The notes under the pieces are model-generated. The model had not been told where the DNA came from. It saw nothing but the letters and a program-made list of their open reading frames with translations, and did no database searches. A program made the translations under genes and the position numbers. This document shows positions 43,143 through 50,023 of a stretch of DNA of 51,469 bases, one piece after another. Source of the stretch: a bacterium (GTDB lineage: Bacteria; Chloroflexota; Limnocylindria; Limnocylindrales; Limnocylindraceae); contig JBAXWE010000002.1 in NCBI GenBank assembly GCA_037128565.1, forward strand, positions 1 through 51,469, written 5' to 3'. Each line of letters starts with the position of its first letter. The first letter of the stretch is position 1.

Positions 43143-44999
43143 ATGACCGACGCGGCGAAACTGACGACGGGCCTCCGGAGCGATGTCTGCGGCGCGCTAC
43201 GCCCAAGTGACGTTGGGCGACGCGTACGGCTCGCCGGCTGGGTTCATCGTCGACGCGACCACGGAAGCCTCGTCTTCATTGACCTCCGCGACCGCTACGG
43301 CATCGTGCAGGTCGTCGTTGACGCAGCTGTTGCCCCCGAAGCCCACGCCGCCCTGACGGACGCGCGGAGCGAGTGGGTGATCGCCGTTGAGGGCACAGTC
43401 GCCGCGCGACGTGTAGGTACGGAGAACGAGAAGCTCGCCACGGGCGGCGTTGAGGTCGCGGGTGAGAGCGTCACCGTGCTGTCGCAGGCGAAGACGCCAC
43501 CCTTCTATATCAATGACACCGACGCCCCGGTCGACGAGAGCCTGCGGCTGAAGTACCGCTACCTCGACCTGCGCCGTGAGCCGCTGCGCGACCGTATTCT
43601 GATGCGGAGCGAGATGGTGCAGGCGATCCGCGAAGTGCATCACGAGCACGGTTTTGTTGAGGTGGAGACGCCAATCCTCATCAAGTCGACCCCTGAGGGC
43701 GCCCGTGATTTCATTGTGCCGTCGCGCCTGCAGCAGGGGAGTGTCTACGCCCTGCCGCAATCGCCACAGCAGATGAAGCAGCTCCTGATGGTGGCTGGGT
43801 TTGACCGCTACTTCCAGATCGCCCGCTGCTTCCGCGACGAGGATCTCCGCGGCGACCGTCAGCCCGAGTTCACCCAGCTCGACATTGAGATGAGCTTTGT
43901 GGACGAGGCGAGCGTGCGCGCCTATGTCGAGGCGATGGTGATTGAGGTGACCAAGCGCATCCGACCCGATCGCCCAATTCAGCAGCTGCCGCTCCCAACA
44001 TTTACCTACGACGAGGCGATGGAGCGCTATGGCTCCGACAAGCCGGACATTCGCTTCGGAATGGACCTCATTGATCTCGGCGCGGCACTCCCTGAGAGCA
44101 CCGGGTTCAAGGTGTTTGACGAGACGCGTGCCAGCGGCGGTCGTATCCGCGCCATTCGCGTCGCCGGTCGCGGCGCGATCACTCGCTCCGACGTCGACGA
44201 CCTGACCGAACGTGCCAAGCGCTACGGTGCGAACGGCCTCGTCTGGATCGCACTCCAGCCAGATGGCGAAGTGCGATCGCCAATCGCGAAGTTCCTCTCC
44301 CCAGAGGCGACCACCGCGCTCTGGTCGGCAACGGGCGGCAAGGCAACGCATGCCGACGGCGACCTGCTCCTGATCGTCGCTGGTCCGCGGATCCTCTCTG
44401 CTGAGGTGCTCGGTCGTCTGCGTGTTGAGGTGGCACTCGAGCTGGGGCTCGCCGATCCTGATGTGCTCGCCTTCTGCTGGGTGCACCGCTTCCCGATGTA
44501 TCAGTGGGAGGCCGAGTCCGGCCGATGGGATGCGACGCACAATCCGTTCTCCGCACCGGTCCCCGAGCACCTCAACCTGCTCGCCACAACGTCAGGTGAT
44601 CTCGCGAAGCGCAGCGAGGGCGATCCTGCGGCCGGTGCACTCGCGCAGCAGTACGACATCGTGTTGAACGGTTGGGAGCTTGGCGGCGGCTCAATTCGCA
44701 TTCACGATCGCGCGCTCCTCGAGCGCTCCTTTGCGCTGATGGGCCATTCACTTGAAGATGCACGAGCGAAATTTGGCGCGCTGCTCGATGCGTTTGAATA
44801 CGGTGCTCCGCCACACGGCGGCATTGCTATTGGCGTTGAGCGCTGGGCGGCGCTGCTCGCCGGCCAGATCAATATTCGCGAGGTGATGGCTTTCCCGAAG
44901 ACGCAGTCGGGGAGTGACCTCATGCTTGAAGCGCCATCGGAACCCGATGCGAAGCAGTGGGCCGAACTCGGCCTCTCGGTCCGCCCAGTTAAGAGTTAG
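43143..44999 (+). CDS. aspS: Aspartate--tRNA ligase (bacterial type with GAD insertion)
   Basis: Motifs FIDLRDRYG, QSPQQMKQLLM, FQIARCFRDEDLRGDRQPEFTQLD and GGGSIRIH. Starts 1 nt after the hisS stop. Confidence 0.95.
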   Translation: MTDAAKLTTGLRSDVCGALRPSDVGRRVRLAGWVHRRRDHGSLVFIDLRDRYGIVQVVVDAAVAPEAHAALTDARSEWVIAVEGTVAARRVGTENEKLATGGVEVAGESVTVLSQAKTPPFYINDTDAPVDESLRLKYRYLDLRREPLRDRILMRSEMVQAIREVHHEHGFVEVETPILIKSTPEGARDFIVPSRLQQGSVYALPQSPQQMKQLLMVAGFDRYFQIARCFRDEDLRGDRQPEFTQLDIEMSFVDEASVRAYVEAMVIEVTKRIRPDRPIQQLPLPTFTYDEAMERYGSDKPDIRFGMDLIDLGAALPESTGFKVFDETRASGGRIRAIRVAGRGAITRSDVDDLTERAKRYGANGLVWIALQPDGEVRSPIAKFLSPEATTALWSATGGKATHADGDLLLIVAGPRILSAEVLGRLRVEVALELGLADPDVLAFCWVHRFPMYQWEAESGRWDATHNPFSAPVPEHLNLLATTSGDLAKRSEGDPAAGALAQQYDIVLNGWELGGGSIRIHDRALLERSFALMGHSLEDARAKFGALLDAFEYGAPPHGGIAIGVERWAALLAGQINIREVMAFPKTQSGSDLMLEAPSEPDAKQWAELGLSVRPVKS

Positions 45000-45526
45000 C
45001 GCTCCTCAGCCTGGGAGCCGCGCCGCTCCCATGGATCAACGGAGTTGGTATCCGCAGGTGGGGCCTCGTAGGCCAGGACATCGCGTCCATTTGATGGGCT
45101 GATTGCGCCCTCATCCCCGCACTCCAAAAGAATCTCTGTCCCGCGGGGCGCTTCGACGGGTGTCAGGCGAATTGGGCCCGCCTCGCCATTTCGCGCAGCG
45201 ACCAGCACCTGCTCGCCCTGTCGGCCATGCCCCGCGATGAGTGCCGTTATCGTCTCGGGGTCAACGCCCGCATGGCTCAGTGGCAGGGTGATCACCGCAG
45301 TCGTCCCAGCAACTTCACCGAGCGCATCAGCGGTCACTGCGGCGAACTCCGCAGAGGGGGTGGCGCGACTCAACGTGGGTGCGACTTCGCCCGTCGTGAG
45401 GCCCGAAATGAGGATCGGATGTGCCCCGCCGGACCAGGCGGCTTCGATCAGTCGGGAGAGCTCTGGGCGGGCGACCCCAGGGGCTGCCGGAGCGCCTGAA
45501 ATGATGATGTGCGCAGCGACGGTCAT
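44996..45526 (-). CDS. Hypothetical protein (possibly a degenerate MobA/MocA-like nucleotidyltransferase fold)
   Basis: 176 aa starting at MTVAAHIIISGAP. It lacks the usual GGxSxR motif. The start was chosen so the divergent typA keeps its normal N-terminus. A TATACT box lies 7 nt upstream. Confidence 0.45.
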   Translation of the reverse strand: MTVAAHIIISGAPAAPGVARPELSRLIEAAWSGGAHPILISGLTTGEVAPTLSRATPSAEFAAVTADALGEVAGTTAVITLPLSHAGVDPETITALIAGHGRQGEQVLVAARNGEAGPIRLTPVEAPRGTEILLECGDEGAISPSNGRDVLAYEAPPADTNSVDPWERRGSQAEER

Positions 45527-45533
45527 GCCCAGA

Positions 45534-45539
45534 AGTATA
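45534..45539 (-). promoter_or_regulatory. Candidate -10 box TATACT (minus strand), 7 nt before the ATG at 45526
   Basis: The minus strand reads TATACT-TCTGGGC-ATG, with no SD. Confidence 0.35.
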
Positions 45540-45554
45540 CGGGTCGGCGAAGCG

Positions 45555-45563
45555 TGCGAGAAT
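45555..45563 (+). promoter_or_regulatory. Candidate extended -10 box TGcGAGAAT, 6 nt before the typA ATG at 45570
   Basis: The sequence is TGC-GAGAAT-CTCCCG-ATG, with no SD. Confidence 0.4.
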
Positions 45564-45569
45564 CTCCCG

Positions 45570-47432
45570 ATGATCACAGTTAATCCACCCGCAGGTCTCG
45601 TCGCGCAAACCGGCATCCGCACGGTCGGAATCGTCGCGCACGTTGACCATGGGAAGACCACTCTGGTCGATAGCCTCCTTCGCCAGAACGGCGCCTTCCG
45701 AGCCAATGCAGAGCTTGTTGAACGCGTCATGGATAGCGGCGACCTTGAGCGCGAGAAGGGGATCACGATCCTCGCCAAGGAGACCGCCATCGACTTCAAG
45801 GGGGTTCGCGTCGTTATCGTCGACACCCCAGGGCACGCCGACTTCGGTGGTGAGGTGGAGCGAAGCCTCCTCGCCGTGGATGCCGTCCTCCTCCTGGTCG
45901 ACGCCTCCGAGGGGCCACTCCCACAGACGCGCTACGTCCTCTCGAAGGCGTTGGCACGATCGCTCCCCGTCATCCTCGTCATCAACAAGATCGATCGCCC
46001 CGATGCGCGCATCAAGGAGGTGATCGACGAAGTCTACGAGCTCTTCCTTGACCTCGGTGCGAACGAGCAGCAGATCGACTTCCCAATCGTCTATACGAAT
46101 GCCCGTGCCGGTACCGCCACACGTGACATGGAGCAGCCTGGCACCGACCTGATCCCACTCCTTGATTGCGTTCTCGTTACTGCGCCTGCGCCGATGCACG
46201 AGCCAGGCCACCCACTGCAGGTGCTGATCACGAACCTCGCCGCGAATGACTTCGTCGGCCGCATCGCTGTTGGTCGAATTCGTAACGGCGTTGTTCGCAA
46301 GGGCGCCAAGATCACCATCATCCGCGAGGGGAGCGCCGTCACCGGCACCGTCACCAGCCTCACCCTCCCGCAAGGAATTGAGCGCGTCGAAGTTGCTGAG
46401 GCCGGCCCTGGCGAAATCGTCGGCATTGCCGGACTCGCCGACGTTGAGATCGGTGAGACGATCACCGATCCAGCTGATCCGCGCCCACTTGAGCGACTCC
46501 ATGTTGATCCGCCAACGCTGCAGATGACCTTCGGCGTCAACACGAGCCCGATCGGTGGCAAGGACGGGAAGTTCCTTACCTCACGACAGTTGAAGGCCCG
46601 ACTCGAAAAAGAGGTGCTCGGCAATCCAGCAATCGAGGTGAGCCCCACCGACTCAGGCGAAGCATTCCAGGTGCGCGGCCGCGGCGAACTTCAGCTCGCG
46701 ATCCTCGTGGAGCAGATGCGTCGCGAAGGATTTGAGATCGAGGTCTCACGGCCGGAGGTGCTGATTCATCGAACCGAGAACGGCATTGAGGAGCCATTTG
46801 AGCAGCTCACGATCGACGTGCCAGTGGACTTCGTTGGTGTGATCACCGGCATCATGGCCGAGCGTCGTGCGCGCATGGAGAACATTCAGCACGGCGCAGA
46901 CGGTCGTGCCCGCGTCGACTTCTTGATCCCAACGCGCGGTCTGATCGGCGTGCGCGGACGCATCCTGACCGAGACGCGCGGCACCGCCCTCATCCATCAG
47001 CTCTCCGCTGGGTACAAGCCGTGGGTTGGCGAGATTCCGCATCGCACGAACGGCTGCCTCATCTCCGACCGCACGGGCATGACCACTGGCTATGCCCTCT
47101 ACGGCATTCAGGAGCGCGGTGAGCTCTTCGTGAACGAAGGCGAGCAGACCTATGAGGGGCAGATCATTGGTGAGAGCGCGAAGCCTGGCGATATGGATGT
47201 GAACGCGGTTCGCGAGAAGAAGCTCACCAACATGCGTACCCACTCGCATGATGAGGCGATTCGCTTGACCCCTCCGCGCCGCATGGCGCTGGAGAACGCC
47301 CTCGAGTTCATCGGCCCGGACGAGCTGATTGAGGTGACCCCTTCAGCGCTGCGCCTGCGCAAGCGCCTGCTGAACGAGAACGACCGACGCCGTGATGCGG
47401 GTCGCCGCGCGGAAATGCGGGAGTCTCAGTAG
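45570..47432 (+). CDS. typA: Translational GTPase TypA/BipA
   Basis: Start at MITVNPPAGLVAQTGIRTVGIVAHVDHGKTTL. Motifs DTPGHADFGGEVER and INKIDR. The 731-aa ORF-track version adds 111 aa of non-homologous sequence. Confidence 0.93.
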   Translation: MITVNPPAGLVAQTGIRTVGIVAHVDHGKTTLVDSLLRQNGAFRANAELVERVMDSGDLEREKGITILAKETAIDFKGVRVVIVDTPGHADFGGEVERSLLAVDAVLLLVDASEGPLPQTRYVLSKALARSLPVILVINKIDRPDARIKEVIDEVYELFLDLGANEQQIDFPIVYTNARAGTATRDMEQPGTDLIPLLDCVLVTAPAPMHEPGHPLQVLITNLAANDFVGRIAVGRIRNGVVRKGAKITIIREGSAVTGTVTSLTLPQGIERVEVAEAGPGEIVGIAGLADVEIGETITDPADPRPLERLHVDPPTLQMTFGVNTSPIGGKDGKFLTSRQLKARLEKEVLGNPAIEVSPTDSGEAFQVRGRGELQLAILVEQMRREGFEIEVSRPEVLIHRTENGIEEPFEQLTIDVPVDFVGVITGIMAERRARMENIQHGADGRARVDFLIPTRGLIGVRGRILTETRGTALIHQLSAGYKPWVGEIPHRTNGCLISDRTGMTTGYALYGIQERGELFVNEGEQTYEGQIIGESAKPGDMDVNAVREKKLTNMRTHSHDEAIRLTPPRRMALENALEFIGPDELIEVTPSALRLRKRLLNENDRRRDAGRRAEMRESQ

Positions 47433-47442
47433 CCTTCGTCCG

Positions 47443-48597
47443 ATGACGCCAACCCGACTCTTCCTGGATCACGCGGCGGGATCGCCGACGCTCCCAGAGG
47501 TCGTGGACTTGATGGCTGATCTGCAGCGCGCCGGCATTGGCAATCCGAATGGCGGCCACACCGAGGCGCGACGGGCACGAGCGATTCTTGACGATGCACG
47601 GGCCAGCCTCGCCGAAGATTTCAGCGTTGAGCCACGGCAGATCACCTTCACGGCGACCGCCTCCGAGGCGCTCGCGCTCGGTCTGCACTCGGCGTTGACG
47701 TCAGCCCTCCCCCTTGTGACGACGGCGGGGGAGCACCGCGGATCCCGCGCCCTGGCGGCACAGCATGTTGCCGCAGGGGGCACCGTAGAGCTACTCGGCC
47801 TCGACGCGCACGGTGTGATGCAGGGTGGGGCGCTCCGTGCCGATCGCCCTGGAGCCGTGGGGCTCTTCGCACTCGCCTCAGGTGAGGTCGGCACGATCCA
47901 ACCATGGGCCACATTCCTCTCCGCATGGCGCGCATCCGGCGGCGGAGCACTCGTAGTCGATGCGGTGCAGGCGGCATACCACCACGAACTGAACGCCCAA
48001 GCGACCGGAGCGGCACACCTTGTCGTTGGCTCCACCAAGGTCGGCGGACCGTTCGGCATCGCTGCGCTGATTAGCGCGTCAAATATCAAGGTGCGACCAC
48101 TCATCGTTGGTGGTGGTCAGGAGCGCGGACGTCGGGGCGGCACAGAGGCTGTTGTGCTTGCCGCCGGATTTGCCGCCGCGTACCGCGCGCACCGTCTCCA
48201 CGCTGCACAGACACGCCAGCACCTCACCGCGCTCACTAACGCTTTCGATGATGCGCTCGGCCCACTTGCTTCGCTCGGGCTAGTGCCGACCGGCGCACCG
48301 TTCACAAGCGGCATGCGCCTTGCTGGACATCGCTCCTATGCGGCCGATTGGGCGCTCGGCGATGACCTCATCGCAGCGCTCGACCATGCGGGGATCGCCG
48401 CCTCAACCGGTTCGGCGTGCATCAGTGGTTCGCGGGAACCTTCAGAGGCGCTCCGCGCGATGGGTCACAGTGAAGGTGAATCTCGTGGTGGCCTCCGCCT
48501 CACCTTTGGGCGCACATCAACAGTGGAGGAGGCGCGTCACGCCGCAACGGTCGTGCGCTCCGTACTAGAGCGCGTGCGCACCGCGGTTCCAGCATGA
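47443..48597 (+). CDS. Class V aminotransferase-fold cysteine desulfurase (NifS/IscS/YrvO-like)
   Basis: Starts at MTPTRLFLDHAAGSP. PLP-Lys region (VVGSTKVGGPFG) and a catalytic Cys loop (STGSACISGS). Confidence 0.82.
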   Translation: MTPTRLFLDHAAGSPTLPEVVDLMADLQRAGIGNPNGGHTEARRARAILDDARASLAEDFSVEPRQITFTATASEALALGLHSALTSALPLVTTAGEHRGSRALAAQHVAAGGTVELLGLDAHGVMQGGALRADRPGAVGLFALASGEVGTIQPWATFLSAWRASGGGALVVDAVQAAYHHELNAQATGAAHLVVGSTKVGGPFGIAALISASNIKVRPLIVGGGQERGRRGGTEAVVLAAGFAAAYRAHRLHAAQTRQHLTALTNAFDDALGPLASLGLVPTGAPFTSGMRLAGHRSYAADWALGDDLIAALDHAGIAASTGSACISGSREPSEALRAMGHSEGESRGGLRLTFGRTSTVEEARHAATVVRSVLERVRTAVPA

Positions 48598-49754
48598 CGC
48601 TGACAACGACACCGCTCGGCGGGCTCCCTGCAGGTTGGCAGGCTGCAGTAGAGGCAGCGGCGCCAGAACGCGTGCTTGTTGCGCTCTCAGGTGGCGTTGA
48701 TTCATCGGTCGCTGCGGCGCTCTTGGTTGAGGCGGGCCACGATGTGGTGGGCGTATGGATGCGTCTTCATAGCGCCGCCGACCAGCGCGACGGTCATCGC
48801 AAGAGCTGCTGCACCCTTGATGCCGCCGATGATGCGCGTCGTGTCGCCGACCGTCTCGGTATCCCATTTCATATTCAAAACCTGGAGCAGGAATTTGCCG
48901 ATGCGGTTCTGGAGCCATTTGTGGCGGCGTACGGAAGCGGCGAGACTCCGAGCCCCTGCGTTGGTTGCAATACAGCGGTCAAGTTCGGTGCGCTGGTAGG
49001 AAAGGGGAGTGCCCTCTTCGGCTGTGATGCCGTTGCCACCGGCCACTATGCACGACGTGCCGTCTCTGATGATGGGCGCTCCTGGCGACTGCGTGCCGCC
49101 GTCGATGCCGAGAAGGACCAGACGTACTTCTTGCACGGACTCGACAGTGCTGCAATCGCGCGGGCGCGTTTCCCGCTCGGCGGTATGACGAAGTCCGAAG
49201 TTCGCGAGGTGGCACGGTCACGTGGCCTCGTTACCGCAGAGAAGCCAGAGAGCCAAGAGATCTGCTTCGTGCCGGATGGGGACTACCGCACCCTTCTTCG
49301 TGAGCGCGGAGTTGCACGAGGCGAGGGTGAAGTTGTTGATGAGCAAGGGACTGTCGTTGGTTCGCACGCCGGAAGCGAAGGGTTTACCGTTGGTCAGCGC
49401 AGAGGCCTCCCAGGGAGTGGCGTCTCGGCACGCTATGTCAGCTCGGTAGATCCTGTGACGAATCGCATCACTATTGCGCCACGTGCAGCGCTCGATATGC
49501 GCAACATTCCGCTCATTGACGCTGCAACGCCAGAGGGTCTGATCGCTCAGGGTGTACACCTGCAGGGGCTGGCGCGGATTCGACACCGCGGAGCCCTCGC
49601 GCACGGGAGGGTTACGGGACTTGGAAGCGGCGTGGCAACGCTCGAACTGGACAATCCGCTCTGGGCACCATCACCAGGGCAAACGGTGGTGCTCTTTGAC
49701 GGCGAAACGCTCATCGCTGGCGCGCGCATCGCCCGCCCCCCACGAACTGCATGA
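48594..49754 (+). CDS. mnmA: tRNA-specific 2-thiouridylase MnmA
   Basis: PP-loop motif VLVALSGGVDSSVAA, KDQTYFL and SQEICF. ATGA overlap with the desulfurase gene. Confidence 0.92.
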   Translation: MTLTTTPLGGLPAGWQAAVEAAAPERVLVALSGGVDSSVAAALLVEAGHDVVGVWMRLHSAADQRDGHRKSCCTLDAADDARRVADRLGIPFHIQNLEQEFADAVLEPFVAAYGSGETPSPCVGCNTAVKFGALVGKGSALFGCDAVATGHYARRAVSDDGRSWRLRAAVDAEKDQTYFLHGLDSAAIARARFPLGGMTKSEVREVARSRGLVTAEKPESQEICFVPDGDYRTLLRERGVARGEGEVVDEQGTVVGSHAGSEGFTVGQRRGLPGSGVSARYVSSVDPVTNRITIAPRAALDMRNIPLIDAATPEGLIAQGVHLQGLARIRHRGALAHGRVTGLGSGVATLELDNPLWAPSPGQTVVLFDGETLIAGARIARPPRTA

Positions 49755-50020
49755 TTGAGCCGGCGCCACTCCTCATTGCCCTCTCGGTCGGGGTGGCGCT
49801 CCTGGCGGGGCGGCTCCTCTCTGCGCGCGCCTCCCTCCCCGTCAGTTTGCTTGGCGCGGTGATCGGTGCCGTCGTGCTACAGGTGGCGGCGGAGCGCCTA
49901 CTGGGCGGGCTCTACCCGGTGGGCGGCACGGCGTGGCCGGCCCCGCTCCTTGGTGCACTGCTCGGCGAACGGCTCACCGCACGGATTGCGACCGATTGGG
50001 AGCGAGGCCAGCGACCCTAA
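49751..50020 (+). CDS. Small hypothetical membrane protein (two predicted TM helices)
   Basis: 89 aa. ATGA overlap with mnmA. GC3-rich codons consistent with coding. Gly/Ala/Leu-rich hydrophobic segments. Confidence 0.5.
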   Translation: MIEPAPLLIALSVGVALLAGRLLSARASLPVSLLGAVIGAVVLQVAAERLLGGLYPVGGTAWPAPLLGALLGERLTARIATDWERGQRP

Positions 50021-50023
50021 GGC

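Noticed and set aside
43197-44570. A 457-aa ORF antisense to aspS. It is tempting as an overlapping gene, or as an echo of the Rodin-Ohno idea that aminoacyl-tRNA synthetases were once encoded on opposite strands.
   Set aside because: Its codons are in exact register with the aspS codons (44568-43143 is divisible by 3). In that register each antisense codon begins with the complement of a sense third position, which is almost always G or C here, so stop codons (all starting with T) cannot arise. The product is Arg/Ala/Gly/His-rich with no recognisable motif. It is a shadow ORF.
44996-45826. The 276-aa (minus) and 731-aa (plus, 45237..47432) ORFs that overlap each other by about 590 nt.
   Set aside because: TypA homology begins only at MITVNPP (45570), and everything upstream of it is Ala/Ser/Pro-rich filler. 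Trimming both genes to internal ATGs removes the overlap and places -10-like boxes at leaderless spacing for both.
45327-46502. A 391-aa ORF antisense to typA. Similar long antisense or alternate-frame ORFs occur at 32504..33505, 13437..14297, 5445..6245, 5813..6664, 16398..17228, 26368..27126, 28706..29473 and 505..1101.
   Set aside because: The typA antisense ORF is in codon register with the sense gene (46500-45570 is divisible by 3). The others likewise overlap genes with strong family motifs and encode Arg/Pro/Ser-rich sequence with no recognisable domains.
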